This document shows, piece by piece, positions 10,670 through 20,989 of a stretch of DNA of 64,000 bases. Each line of letters begins with the position of its first letter. Position 1 is the first letter of the stretch. This stretch comes from Gemmatimonas sp. (GTDB lineage: Bacteria > Gemmatimonadota > Gemmatimonadetes > Gemmatimonadales > Gemmatimonadaceae), in NCBI GenBank assembly GCA_965279375.1, contig OZ257156.1:2464001-2528000 (forward strand). Reading direction: 5' to 3'. The position numbers and the translations under genes are program-made. A model generated the notes under the pieces. The model worked only from the letters and a program-made list of their open reading frames with translations. It ran no database searches and was not told where the DNA came from.

Positions 10670-12157
10670 TCAGTCGTTGGAGCTGGTGAGCACGTCGCGT
10701 CGGTAGCCGTGCTTCTCCATCAGCCGGTAGAGCGTCGTCCGGTCGATCCCGGCCAACCGGGCCGCCTTGGACATGTTGCCCCCGGCGCGCGTGGTCAGAC
10801 GCGTCAGGTACTCCTTCTCGAACTGTGCGATGAGGCTGTCCTTCGCTGGATGGAACGCCTCGTCCAGAATCGCGGTCGGAAGTCCCGACTCAGCACTCGG
10901 CGGTACGGCGTCATCGTAGACCGGAATGTCATCCGGTGAAATCGGTCGCCCCGGCTCCGCGATGACGGCCACATGCTCGATCACGTTCTGCAACTCTCGC
11001 ACGTTACCGCGCCACGGACGTGACTGCAGAAAGGTGCGCGCTTCCGCCGTGAGCTCCGGGGCGGGCGTGCCGTGCGGACGATGCCGTTCCCAGGAGCGCG
11101 CGAGGAAATGCTCCGCCAACAACGGGATGTCCTCGAGCCGCTTCCGGAGCGGCGGCAGCTTGATCGGTACGACGCGCAGCCGGTAAAAGAGGTCTTCGCG
11201 GAGGATGCCCTGCTGCACCGCCTCCTGCGGGTCCCGATTGGTCGCCGAGACGAAGCGGACGTCGACCACGGCGTCCTGCGTCTCGCTGCCAAGTCGCCGC
11301 ACCACGCCGTCCTGCAGCACGCGAAGCAGCTTCGCCTGCAGCGGCATGGTCATCTCGGTGAGCTCGTCGAGGAAGAGCGTGCCACCATTGGCGACCTCAA
11401 GCAGGCCGGCCTTGTCGCGGTCGGCTCCGGTAAAAGCGCCCTTCCGGTAGCCGAACATCTCCGACTCGAGCAAATTTTCCGGCAGAGCCGCGCAGTTGAT
11501 CGGGACGATCTTTCGCGTGGCGCGACGGCTGTGGCGGTGGATGAACTGCGCGATGAGCTCCTTACCGGTGCCGCTTTCGCCGCTGATCATCACGGAGGCG
11601 TCCGTTGCGGCGACCTTCTGGGCCAGCTCGACCGCCTTGCGAAAGGCCGGTGACACGCCGAGCAGCTCCATCCGTTCGCCCGCACCGTTTTGCGTAACCA
11701 GGGTAGGCTTGATGTCCCGAACCGTCTCCTTGACCGCATTCACGGCGTAGGCGGCACGTCCCACGAGCACCTGCAGATGGGAGGCAGAGAACGGCTTGGG
11801 CAGGTAGTCCCAGGCGCCAGCACGGAGCGCTTCGATGCTGGAGGCCACACTGGGGTTCCCGGTCATGACGACGACGATCGTGTCCTTGTGGGCCTCAAGA
11901 GTGGTCTTGAGAACCTCCATCCCGGAGATGGGACTGAGGTAGAGATCAACCAGGACGAGGTCGAAGCGACGGCGGCGCACCAGCTCGAGCGCTTCGTCAC
12001 CACGGCCGGTGGATGACACGTTGTGCCCGTCCATCTGCAGAACCGAGGCGCACCCTTCCCGCAGCGTACGGTCGTCGTCCACCACGAGAATGCGCAGGCC
12101 GCTGCCGCGGTCTGGCACTGAAGTCGGGGGGGAGTCGGCGAGAAATGCGTCTGACAT
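10670..12157 (-). CDS. Sigma54-dependent response regulator (REC-AAA+-Fis HTH, NtrC family)
   Basis: VVDDD receiver, GESGTGKE, GAFTGA, LFLDE, WRGNVREL, AARLAGIDRTTLYR. Confidence 0.96.
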   Translation of the reverse strand: MSDAFLADSPPTSVPDRGSGLRILVVDDDRTLREGCASVLQMDGHNVSSTGRGDEALELVRRRRFDLVLVDLYLSPISGMEVLKTTLEAHKDTIVVVMTGNPSVASSIEALRAGAWDYLPKPFSASHLQVLVGRAAYAVNAVKETVRDIKPTLVTQNGAGERMELLGVSPAFRKAVELAQKVAATDASVMISGESGTGKELIAQFIHRHSRRATRKIVPINCAALPENLLESEMFGYRKGAFTGADRDKAGLLEVANGGTLFLDELTEMTMPLQAKLLRVLQDGVVRRLGSETQDAVVDVRFVSATNRDPQEAVQQGILREDLFYRLRVVPIKLPPLRKRLEDIPLLAEHFLARSWERHRPHGTPAPELTAEARTFLQSRPWRGNVRELQNVIEHVAVIAEPGRPISPDDIPVYDDAVPPSAESGLPTAILDEAFHPAKDSLIAQFEKEYLTRLTTRAGGNMSKAARLAGIDRTTLYRLMEKHGYRRDVLTSSND

Positions 12158-12474
12158 CGGTGTAAGCCGTTGGAAAAGTGGACTTCCGGACTATTCTGCG
12201 TTTCGCCGACGGAACTTGATCGTCTCTTGGGACACCTAAGTCGTGCGGCGGTCGCGTCGAGTTGCAGTTGTGAGGCGTCGTGTCGACAGGCGTGGCTGAA
12301 ATCTGCCGAAACAGCGTTATTCTACCTGTGTCTTATAGTATGGAGCTGCGGGAGTCAAGAATTTCGTAGCTGACACGCGACAGTTTCCGTTTCGTGACTG
12401 CAACACCTGCCTTCTGGTAACTAATTCTGTCGCACCAGCGCGTCGTGGCGCCCGCGCTTCCGTCGCGCCATTGT

Positions 12475-12512
12475 GTTGACAGGATTCAACGATATCGTGG
12501 TGGTCGCACCAC
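12475..12512. promoter_or_regulatory. Tandem palindromic boxes, putative activator binding sites
   Basis: GTTG-ACAGGATT-CAAC (12475-12490) and GTGG-TGGTCGCA-CCAC (12497-12512) in the divergent regulator/wzc intergenic region. Confidence 0.45.
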
Positions 12513-12539
12513 GTTGTTTGTCTTTAGCCCGCCTTGCTT

Positions 12540-14993
12540 ATGTCCGGAACCCAACTTCAGCCCGTCTCAGCTCCAGATGGCGGAGCGATGGCCGCATATC
12601 AGGACGGTCAGTCCGTCCAGGAATGGAACGGCGCCCAGGACGGCCCGGCCCAACCGGCTGGGCCGAAAATCGGCCGTTACATCGCCGCCCTGAAGCGATT
12701 CAAGTGGCTCATCGCGATTTTCTTCGTGGTCGGTCTCGTCGGAGGCTACGGCGCCACGACGATCATCGAGCCCGAGTACGAGGTGAAGTCCACGGTTCTG
12801 CTCGAGGTCGCGGCAGGAACCACATACGACCCGCGTGCGGCGCGCGGACCGGTGCAGGGGCAGGAACTTCTGCGCTCGGCCGGCTGGACCGATCTGATGC
12901 GTTCCTTCGCCATCGCCGATCCGGTGGTGATGCAGCTCGCGCTCTTCGTTTCCCCCTCCAAGGCGGCGGATAGCTCGGTCTTCCGGGCCTTTCGCGTGGA
13001 TCAGCAGCGACTGCGGCCGGGCGACTACGTCCTGACGCTCACCGGCAATCGGTACGCGCTGTCGCTCAAGCCGGGAGCCGAAGTCGAGAAGGGCATGGTC
13101 GGCGATTCGATCGGTCGCGACGTCGGTTTCCTGTGGCAGCCGACCGCGCAGCAGTTCAGCGGGCGCAAGGAAGTGGAGTTCCGCGTACAGACGCCGCGTG
13201 AAGCATCGCTCGCGCTCATCAAGCAGATGAACATCGTGCTGGCGACCGGTAGCTCCCTGATGTTCGTCACGCTGAGCGGCAAGAACTCGCAGCTGACCGC
13301 TGCGACGCTCAATGCGTGGGTCGATCAGTTCGTGACCAAGGCGACGGCGCTCAAGAAGAAGAACGTGATGTCGTACGCGACCATTCTGGAAGGCCAGCGG
13401 CAGTACGCGGCGGATAACCTGACCGCGGCCGAGGCCTCGCTGGAGCGGTTCCGCATTCAGACCGTCACGCAGCCCACCGAACGTCAGTCCATCCTGCCGG
13501 GCGTCGACGGAACCGGTACGCCGGTGTTCGTCGACTACTTCCGCGACAAGGCGATGTCGGAGAGCTACACGCGCGATCGTGCGGCCATCGAGCGCATTCT
13601 CGCGAAGGGGAAGGAGACCGGGGAAATTCGGCCGGAAGCGATCCTCTCCGTGCCGATCGTCTTCAACGATCCGGCGTCCGAGCCGCTGCGCCGCCTGCTG
13701 TCCGAACAGACGCAACGTGAAACGGACGTGCGCAAGTTGCAGGAGACGTACCTCGACGAAGCGCCGCAGGTGAAGTCGCAGAAGGCGTTTCTGAAGGAGC
13801 TCCGCTCGGTCACGGTGCCGCGCGCTGTCGAGTCGTATCTTGCTGAGTTGAAGCTGCGTGAAACGCAGCTGAGCGCGAACGTCGAAGCGAGCAGCCGCGA
13901 CCTGCGCTCCATCCCGATGCGCACCATTGAAGAGGCGAAGCTCAAGCGTCAGGTCGACGTGGCCGCCGAGATGTATCGCAGCCTGGACCTGAAGGCCGCC
14001 GAAGCCAAGCTGGCAGAGGCCGCGACGATTCCCGACGTCAGCGTCCTCGACTCGGCAGTCGCCCCATTGGCCCCGGCCAAGAATACGGCGCCCGTCATCA
14101 TTCTGGGTGCGGTGGCGGCGGCGCTGGCGCTCGGTGGCCTGATCGCGATCGGCCTCGATCAGTTCGACAAGCGCTTCCGCTACCCGGAGCAGGCGACCGA
14201 TGATCTCGGCCTGTTCGTGCTGGGCGTCGTGCCGCGGATCGATTCGAAGGGTGGCCGCAAGCGTCTGGCCGATCAGTCGGCGCAGGTGGTCGAGGCCTTC
14301 CGAAGTATTCGAATGAATGTGCGCTACGCGGCGGATCCGTCGCGCCCGCTCACGATGACGATCACGAGCCCGGGGCCGAACGACGGAAAGTCGCTGATCT
14401 CATCAAACCTTGCACTGTCGTTTGCCGAGTCGGGCGCTCGTACGCTGCTCATCGATGGCGACCTGCGTCGAGGCGAGCTCGCGCGCACCTTCTCGATTCC
14501 GCGCAAGCCGGGTCTCGTGGAGTACCTGGATGGCACCGCACTCCTCGGCGAAGTGCTGCATCCGGCCAAGTCGCACGTGAATCTGACGGTGATTCAGGCG
14601 GGTGCGCGTCGTCGTCGTGCCCCCGAGCTTCTGGCCACGCCGCGCTTGACGCAGCTGATCACGCAGCTGGCGGGCGAGTTCGATGTTGTCATCGTGGACT
14701 CTCCGCCGCTGGGCGCCGGTTTCGATGCGTTCGCGTTGGCGACCGCCACCGGCAACATGGCGCTGGTGATGCGCTCGGGCGTGACGGATCTGAAGATGGC
14801 CTCGGCCAAGATGGCGATCGTCGATACGCTGCCTGTGCGCGTCATGGGTGCCATCCTGAACGGCATCAAGCTCGACGGCGTGTACCAGTACTACTCGTAC
14901 TACCAGGGCTACGCCGCCGAGGAAGACGAGCAGGAGCTGCGTATCACCGATGGCGAGTCAGCCAAAGTCCCGGCCGTCGTATCGAATTCGTGA
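12540..14993 (+). CDS. wzc: Polysaccharide co-polymerase / tyrosine autokinase (Wzc)
   Basis: Two TMs around a coiled-coil region; Walker A SPGPNDGKS, LLIDGDLRR, VIVDSPP; Tyr cluster YQYYSYYQGY. Confidence 0.93.
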   Translation: MSGTQLQPVSAPDGGAMAAYQDGQSVQEWNGAQDGPAQPAGPKIGRYIAALKRFKWLIAIFFVVGLVGGYGATTIIEPEYEVKSTVLLEVAAGTTYDPRAARGPVQGQELLRSAGWTDLMRSFAIADPVVMQLALFVSPSKAADSSVFRAFRVDQQRLRPGDYVLTLTGNRYALSLKPGAEVEKGMVGDSIGRDVGFLWQPTAQQFSGRKEVEFRVQTPREASLALIKQMNIVLATGSSLMFVTLSGKNSQLTAATLNAWVDQFVTKATALKKKNVMSYATILEGQRQYAADNLTAAEASLERFRIQTVTQPTERQSILPGVDGTGTPVFVDYFRDKAMSESYTRDRAAIERILAKGKETGEIRPEAILSVPIVFNDPASEPLRRLLSEQTQRETDVRKLQETYLDEAPQVKSQKAFLKELRSVTVPRAVESYLAELKLRETQLSANVEASSRDLRSIPMRTIEEAKLKRQVDVAAEMYRSLDLKAAEAKLAEAATIPDVSVLDSAVAPLAPAKNTAPVIILGAVAAALALGGLIAIGLDQFDKRFRYPEQATDDLGLFVLGVVPRIDSKGGRKRLADQSAQVVEAFRSIRMNVRYAADPSRPLTMTITSPGPNDGKSLISSNLALSFAESGARTLLIDGDLRRGELARTFSIPRKPGLVEYLDGTALLGEVLHPAKSHVNLTVIQAGARRRRAPELLATPRLTQLITQLAGEFDVVIVDSPPLGAGFDAFALATATGNMALVMRSGVTDLKMASAKMAIVDTLPVRVMGAILNGIKLDGVYQYYSYYQGYAAEEDEQELRITDGESAKVPAVVSNS

Positions 14994-15101
14994 CGCAAGT
15001 TGCACCCTCGCTCGTCCAAATCGTGTATTACTCCGTGACGAGTCCGTCCGCGCGCCGCATCCGGCGCGCCGGCGGACTGTGGGAGCGACGCCGTGCCAGT
15101 C

Positions 15102-15117
15102 GTTGCACGGCTGCAAC
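15102..15117. promoter_or_regulatory. Palindromic box GTTGCA-N4-TGCAAC
   Basis: Perfect 6-bp arms in the wzc-SLBB intergenic gap; same GTTG-N8-CAAC geometry as the other boxes. Confidence 0.4.
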
Positions 15118-15168
15118 AGTCCAAAATGCCGCACCTGACGCACCGTCCTTCCACGTTTCGACCATTCG

Positions 15169-16038
15169 ATGACTGATAACGCCATGCGCATGTTGCGTCG
15201 GCCGCTTTCGCACAGAGCAGTCGTGACGACCGCCGTCCGCTCCTGGCGGCGCATGACGACCGGGCTGGCGATCTGCGCCCTGGTCGCGGGCACCGCGGTG
15301 GGGACGCTCGGCGCTCAGCAGGCGCCCGTTGTGCTCCAGCGGGCGACCCGTGCGGAGCTGACGGCCCAGATCGCGAACTTCGAGAAGCAGCTCGCCTCTG
15401 GCAGCGTGAAAGACCGGAAGAAGATGGAATCGGACCTGGCCGCTTCGAAGGTGCGGCTGGTGGAGGGTGACTTCCAGCTCGGCGATCGCTTCCTCATCAC
15501 CATCACGCAGGATGCCGTTTCGCGGTCTGACACGGCGACCGTTCGGGATAGCCTGATGGTGTCGCTGGTTGGTCTTCCTGACGTGAGCTTAAAGGGAGCA
15601 CTTCGTTCGGAACTGAACGAGCGACTCAGCACTCACGTGGCGCGTTTCTTGCGAAATTCCAGTGTGCGGACAATCGTTTTTACGCGCATCGGGATCTTCG
15701 GTGGCGTCGGGCGACCAGGCTACTACGCGGCTTCGCCCGATCAGCCGATCAGCGAGTTGTTACAGTTGGCAGGCGGACCGGCAGTGGATGCGCGCGTGAA
15801 CGAGCTGGAACTCAAGCGCAACGACAAGGTGCTGCTGTCGGCCAAGGCCGCCCGGACCGCCTTCAAGGAAGGCCGAACCCTCGAGCAGCTGGACGTTCGG
15901 TCTGGCGACGAGATCTTCGTGCCACAGAAGCGTAAAGTTAGTGCGCAGACCGTGTTTCAAATCATGTTCTTCGCCTCGTCGGTCTTCTTTGCCGTAGTGA
16001 ACTTCATCAAGTTCTACTACTCGCAGCAGCAACCGTAG
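15169..16038 (+). CDS. SLBB-domain polysaccharide export protein (Wza-like)
   Basis: Signal-like N-terminus, FQLGDR, GGVGRPGYY, LQLAGG, RSGDEIFVP, C-terminal amphipathic helix. Confidence 0.78.
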   Translation: MTDNAMRMLRRPLSHRAVVTTAVRSWRRMTTGLAICALVAGTAVGTLGAQQAPVVLQRATRAELTAQIANFEKQLASGSVKDRKKMESDLAASKVRLVEGDFQLGDRFLITITQDAVSRSDTATVRDSLMVSLVGLPDVSLKGALRSELNERLSTHVARFLRNSSVRTIVFTRIGIFGGVGRPGYYAASPDQPISELLQLAGGPAVDARVNELELKRNDKVLLSAKAARTAFKEGRTLEQLDVRSGDEIFVPQKRKVSAQTVFQIMFFASSVFFAVVNFIKFYYSQQQP

Positions 16039-16063
16039 TCGCCCTCAGTTCAATAATCGGTTT

Positions 16064-16873
16064 ATGGACGCGAACGAATCAGGATTTCCTATCACCATGT
16101 CCGCGCGCGCGACTCCACGTCGCTCGCGCGCGAGCACTGGTGGTGCGGAGCCGAGTACGTCCGCTCCTGATTCCTCGCGCACAAGGACGATCGTGTCCAC
16201 CGGACCCGACTGGGACTTCGAGCCGCGCGAGCGTTCGGAGATGATGTCGCTGATATTCAACCGCTCGTTCGCCGTCCTGATGTTCATCATCGCGTCGCCG
16301 CTCATGCTCCTGACGGCGATTCTGATCCGAGTGACCTCGCGCGGGCCAGTGCTGTACACGCAGACCCGCGTTGGCCTCGATCGCCGGTGGAATCCGACGC
16401 GTGCGCTGCACGAACGCCGGCGCGAAGATCTCGGTGGTACGCCCTTCACGATCTACAAGTTCCGGTCGATGCGGGTCGATGCCGAAGCGAACGGTCAGGC
16501 CGTCTGGGCGACAGAAAACGATGCGCGCGTCACGCCGGTCGGCAAGTTCATTCGCACGACCCGGCTCGATGAACTGCCACAGTTGTACAACGTCATTCGC
16601 GGTGACATGAACATCGTCGGTCCGCGACCGGAACGTCCGAGCATCTTCGTTCGCCTGCGCGAGCAGATCGACGAGTATCCGCTCCGGCAGCGTGTGCGCC
16701 CCGGGATCACGGGCATGGCGCAGGTCTATCACACGTATGACCGCTCGGTCGACGACGTCCGTCGCAAAGTGAGCTTCGACCTGGAGTACATTCGGCGCCA
16801 GTCGTTGTTCGAAGACGTCCGCATCATGATCCGCACCGTCCCGGTGATGCTGTTCCGCATCGGCGGTTGGTGA
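16064..16873 (+). CDS. Priming phosphoglycosyl transferase (bacterial sugar transferase)
   Basis: YKFRSM, DARVTPVGKFIR, LDELPQLYNVIRGDMNIVGPRPE, PGITGMAQV. Confidence 0.94.
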   Translation: MDANESGFPITMSARATPRRSRASTGGAEPSTSAPDSSRTRTIVSTGPDWDFEPRERSEMMSLIFNRSFAVLMFIIASPLMLLTAILIRVTSRGPVLYTQTRVGLDRRWNPTRALHERRREDLGGTPFTIYKFRSMRVDAEANGQAVWATENDARVTPVGKFIRTTRLDELPQLYNVIRGDMNIVGPRPERPSIFVRLREQIDEYPLRQRVRPGITGMAQVYHTYDRSVDDVRRKVSFDLEYIRRQSLFEDVRIMIRTVPVMLFRIGGW

Positions 16874-16896
16874 CGGCGTTGGGGCGGGGCAGGATG

Positions 16897-16929
16897 AAGC
16901 GTCGTCGCGAATGACTCGCGACGGCGCTT
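16897..16929 (+). terminator. Putative intrinsic terminator after the sugar transferase
   Basis: AAGCGTCGTCGCGA-ATGAC-TCGCGACGGCGCTT stem (one G-U pair) followed by T-rich sequence. Confidence 0.5.
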
Positions 16930-17185
16930 GTTCGTTCCGGGTGCCTTCTTTTGGCGCTGATCGTCTCTCCTCGACGCTGCGCAAAGCTCCGGTCGATCGA
17001 CTTTGCCTACCCGCAGCCGAACTGGCGCGTTAAGGTTGGGCTGACTTCGGCCCGTCCCATCCCACCTCGTGGGTTCACTTCTTCCCTGATTCTCGTATGC
17101 CGATCCCTCCGGCAACTCCGCTCATGTCGGTACGTTCGGCCGTTGGCCGGTGGTCGCGCGTTCCTCGCGCCGTGGTGACGCTTAC

Positions 17186-18592
17186 GTGACCCGTCTTCCC
17201 CATATCGCCGTACTGGGCGGTGGTCCCGCTGGCTGCGGCGCGGCGTACCAGTTGCGGCGCGCCGGCAAGGCGACCGTGACCATGATCGAGAAGCAGGACG
17301 TGGTCGGCGGCAACGCCGGATCGTTCCAGTGGGGTGACCAGTGGCTCGACTATGGAAGCCACCGTCTCCACCACACCGTGGCGCCAGAGATTCTTGCGGA
17401 CATCAAGCAGATGCTGGGCGACGACTTCGGCGATTTCTCGCGCCACGGTCGCATCCGGCTTCGTGGCCAGTGGCTGCACTTTCCCATCAAGACCACCGAT
17501 CTGCTGGCGCGCCTCGACAAGGGCTTCGCCTTCGGCATGCTGCGTGACGTCATCATGGGGAAGCTGGCCAAGCGGCCCGAAGGAGACACGTTTGCGTCGG
17601 TGCTGCGCAGCAATCTTGGCCCGACGATGAGCGAGCACTTCTACTTCCCCTACGGTCGAAAGATGTGGGGGCGGGAGCCAGAGGAGCTGTCGGCGATTCA
17701 GGCGCGCAAGCGCGTAACGGCGGGCAGTTTCGGGAAGCTGATCAAGCGTCTGCTCAAGCCCGTCGGTGGTGGCAACTACTACTACATGCGCGAGGGCTAC
17801 GGGCAGATCTCGCGCGCGTATGCGCAGAATGCCGACAAGCTGGGTGCGGAGCTCGCGCTGGGCTGGGGCGCGACGCGTATCGAGCCGTCGCCGGTGGAAG
17901 GGTATACGTGGCGTATCACGATGACGCGCGGTGACGAGCAGCGAACGATCGATGCGGACTACATCTGGTCGACGATTCCGATCACGCTGCTGGCGGGGAT
18001 GATGTCCACGCCGCCCGACGCATCGGTGATGGCAGCGGCGAAGCAGATCGAGTATCGCGCCATGGTGCTCGTGTACGTCAAGCTGCCGGTGCACCAGTAC
18101 ACCACGACCGACGCGCACTACTTCCCGGAAGAGAATGTGCGGGTGACGCGGCTGTCTGAACCGAAGAACTATTTCCGTTCGACGTCACCGCAGGGGACGA
18201 CCGTGTTGTGCGGCGAATATCCATGCACGATCGGTGATGAGCTGTGGACTGGCACGGACGCGCAGTTGGCGGAGCGCATGGCCAAGGACGCAGCAACGGC
18301 GGGGATTCCGTTTCCGGCCAAGCCGACCGATGTGCTCATTCGGCGGCTGCCGCAGGCGTACCCGATCTACCTGCGCGGCTACGAAGTGCCGCTCGGCGTG
18401 CTCGATGACTGGGCCGCGTCGCAGCGCAACATTCTCGTCTACGGCCGCCAGGGGTTGTTCGCGCACGACAACACGCACCACGCGCTCTACATGGCCTACT
18501 CGGCCGTCGATTGCCTGAACGGGATGGCGTTCGATCAGCGCAAATGGGGTGAGTATCGGCAAGTCTTCAAGACGCATGTCGTCGAAGACTGA
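17186..18592 (+). CDS. FAD-dependent oxidoreductase (HemY/UDP-galactopyranose mutase-like fold)
   Basis: GGGPAG, EKQDVVGG, DYGSHRLH, AYPIY, GRQGLFAHDNTHH; GTG 17186. Confidence 0.8.
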   Translation: MTRLPHIAVLGGGPAGCGAAYQLRRAGKATVTMIEKQDVVGGNAGSFQWGDQWLDYGSHRLHHTVAPEILADIKQMLGDDFGDFSRHGRIRLRGQWLHFPIKTTDLLARLDKGFAFGMLRDVIMGKLAKRPEGDTFASVLRSNLGPTMSEHFYFPYGRKMWGREPEELSAIQARKRVTAGSFGKLIKRLLKPVGGGNYYYMREGYGQISRAYAQNADKLGAELALGWGATRIEPSPVEGYTWRITMTRGDEQRTIDADYIWSTIPITLLAGMMSTPPDASVMAAAKQIEYRAMVLVYVKLPVHQYTTTDAHYFPEENVRVTRLSEPKNYFRSTSPQGTTVLCGEYPCTIGDELWTGTDAQLAERMAKDAATAGIPFPAKPTDVLIRRLPQAYPIYLRGYEVPLGVLDDWAASQRNILVYGRQGLFAHDNTHHALYMAYSAVDCLNGMAFDQRKWGEYRQVFKTHVVED

Positions 18593-20033
18593 GGCGTCGG
18601 CGCCCACCGCTCTTCTGGTCCTCATTGCAGTAGCCGTCGTCGTTCGTGCGATCGGACTGAACGACGGCTTGTGGGTCGACGAAGTCTATTCGCTGGTGCG
18701 TTCCTTCCGTGAACCGCTCGGCACGATTCTGACGGAGTACTGGGGAGACAATCATCATCCCCTGTACGCGGTGCTGGCGCACCTGAGTCGTGCGGTGTTT
18801 GGCGAGGCACCGTGGAGCGTGCGCCTGCCGGCGATGCTCTTCGGCGTGGCGACGGTGCCGATGCTGCTGCGGCTCGGCGAGCAGGTCGCGTCACGTCGCG
18901 AAGCGTGGCTCGCGGCGCTGCTGCTGGCCGTCTCGTATCACCACGTCTGGTTCTCGCAGAATGCGCGTGGCTACAGCGCGATCGCGTTCTTTGCGGTGGC
19001 GACGCTCTGGGCGCTGCTGCGCGCTGTACGCGGCGGGGGGACAGGCTACTTCGTGCTGTACGCGGTGCTGGGTGCGCTGGGCGCGTACACTCACCTCACC
19101 ATGATTTTCGTCGTGGTCGGACACGCGATCGCAATGACGATGTGGCTGTTGACCGGTGCTGACTCAGGCGATCGAGGTCGATTGCTGCGCGGCGCGCTGG
19201 TGGCGTTCGGGCTGTCGGCGGTACTGACGGTCGCGCTCTATGCCCCGATGCTGTCCGATGTGATCGCGTTCTTCACGCAGCAGCGCTCGGGAATGAAGGG
19301 CGTGTCGACCCCCGGGTGGGCCGCGCTGGAGCTGGTGCGTGGACTGCTCGTGGGATTGGGGGCAGGTGGGGCGGCGGTGGCCGTGGTGGTGCTGGTGTGC
19401 GGGGCCGCCGTGGCGGGCATGGGATTGTTTTCGCTGTGGCGATCGCAGCGCCTGTTCATTCTGGCCGTGCTGGCGCCGGTGCTCGTGACGATCGCCGGAG
19501 CCTTGGCAACACGCGGGACGATGTATCCCCGGTTCTTCTTTTTCGCGATCGGGCCGGCCGTGCTGATCGCGGTGCACGGTACGTTCGAGAGCGCCCGGTG
19601 GCTGGCGGCACGATGGCCGCGCGGCGTGAGCGGCGACCGACTGGCGTCGCTCGGCGTTTCGCTGGCGATCCTGCTGTCTGCCCTGTCTCTGACGGCCAAC
19701 TATCGTTTCCCGAAGCAGGACTTCGAGGGGGCGATGCGCTATGTGTTGGCGGAGCGCGGGGCCGGGGATGCGGTCGTCACGACCGGGATCCCGTCGAACC
19801 CCCTGAATACCTTGTACCGGCAGCCATGGCCCGTCGTCAATACTCGGACTGCGCTCGACTCGGTACGTTTCGCCGTACCGCGCACCTGGGTGATCTGGAC
19901 GTTCCCACGGATCCTCGAGCGCAGTGCGCCTGACATTGCCGCACTCCTGGCACAAGAGTGCCCGCAACCTCGAACGTTCCGCGGAACGGTGGGTGGCGGA
20001 GATATCCTCGTTTGCATGCTCAATCGACCATGA
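18576..20033 (+). CDS. GT-C (GT39/ArnT-like) membrane glycosyltransferase
   Basis: [33 protein letters not shown]; about 11 TMs. Confidence 0.85.
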   Translation: MSSKTEASAPTALLVLIAVAVVVRAIGLNDGLWVDEVYSLVRSFREPLGTILTEYWGDNHHPLYAVLAHLSRAVFGEAPWSVRLPAMLFGVATVPMLLRLGEQVASRREAWLAALLLAVSYHHVWFSQNARGYSAIAFFAVATLWALLRAVRGGGTGYFVLYAVLGALGAYTHLTMIFVVVGHAIAMTMWLLTGADSGDRGRLLRGALVAFGLSAVLTVALYAPMLSDVIAFFTQQRSGMKGVSTPGWAALELVRGLLVGLGAGGAAVAVVVLVCGAAVAGMGLFSLWRSQRLFILAVLAPVLVTIAGALATRGTMYPRFFFFAIGPAVLIAVHGTFESARWLAARWPRGVSGDRLASLGVSLAILLSALSLTANYRFPKQDFEGAMRYVLAERGAGDAVVTTGIPSNPLNTLYRQPWPVVNTRTALDSVRFAVPRTWVIWTFPRILERSAPDIAALLAQECPQPRTFRGTVGGGDILVCMLNRP

Positions 20034-20989
20034 CGAAGCTCATCATCCAGATTCCGTGCTACAACGAGGCGGAGACGCTGCCTCCAACGCTGCACGATCT
20101 GCCACGTCACATCGATGGCGTCGACGTCATCGAGTATCTGATCATCGATGATGGCAGCCGAGACGAGACGTCTGCGGTCGCGCGGACGCACGGCGTGCAT
20201 CATGTGGTGAAGTTTTCGCGCAACCGCGGTCTGGCCGCGGCGTTTCGCGCGGGCATCGAGGAGTCGCTGCGGCAAGGTGCGGACATCATCGTCAACACCG
20301 ACGCGGACAACCAGTATCAAGCGCGTGACATCGCGACGCTGGTAAAGCCGATTCTCGAGGGGCGGGCAGAACTCGTCGTCGGCGATCGCGGCGTTGGCTA
20401 CCTGCCGCACTTCTCGGCGATCAAGCGCAAGCTGCAGGTCTTCGGCAGCTGGGTGATTGGCCGAGCGGCGGAGCTCAAGACCCCGGATGCCACGAGTGGA
20501 TTCCGCGCCATGTCACGCGATGCGGCGCTGCGCACGGTGGTGCTGAGCAACTACTCGTACACGCTCGAGTCGCTCATTCATGCCGGCAGTCGCAAGGCGT
20601 CGGTGCATTTCGTGCCGATCGGCATCAATCCGCAGACGCGACCGTCGCGGCTCATGAAGTCGATTCCGCACTACATCCGCAAGTCGGGGATAACGATCCT
20701 GCGGGCGTACACCATGTATCGTCCGCTGCGGGTGTTCAGTGCGATCGGTGCGTTGCTCGTCGGTCTCGGGCTCATCCCGGCAGTTCGCTTCGTGTATCTC
20801 TACTCGATCGGCGAACGAGTGGGGCACATTCAGTCGCTCATTCTCGCGGCGATCCTGCTGGTGGTCGGCTTCCAGGTTCTGCTGATCGGTCTTCTGGCCG
20901 ATTTGACGGCGAACAATCGCAAGTTGATCGAAGAGACGCTCTATCGTGTGAAGAAGCTCGAAATGAATCGCGACCAGGGCGGGCAGTAG
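20030..20989 (+). CDS. GT2, polyprenyl-phosphate glycosyltransferase (DPM1-like) with C-terminal TMs
   Basis: [33 protein letters not shown]. Confidence 0.9.
   Translation: MTKLIIQIPCYNEAETLPPTLHDLPRHIDGVDVIEYLIIDDGSRDETSAVARTHGVHHVVKFSRNRGLAAAFRAGIEESLRQGADIIVNTDADNQYQARDIATLVKPILEGRAELVVGDRGVGYLPHFSAIKRKLQVFGSWVIGRAAELKTPDATSGFRAMSRDAALRTVVLSNYSYTLESLIHAGSRKASVHFVPIGINPQTRPSRLMKSIPHYIRKSGITILRAYTMYRPLRVFSAIGALLVGLGLIPAVRFVYLYSIGERVGHIQSLILAAILLVVGFQVLLIGLLADLTANNRKLIEETLYRVKKLEMNRDQGGQ

Noticed and set aside
12476..12504. TTGACA as a sigma70 -35 element for wzc
   Set aside because: No -10-like hexamer 16-18 bp downstream; the sequence is better explained as a palindrome arm
16970..17030. 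c-di-GMP-I riboswitch-like GCAAAGCTCCGG segment
   Set aside because: No preceding GNRA-capped stem or receptor motif; an Rfam search would be needed to revive it
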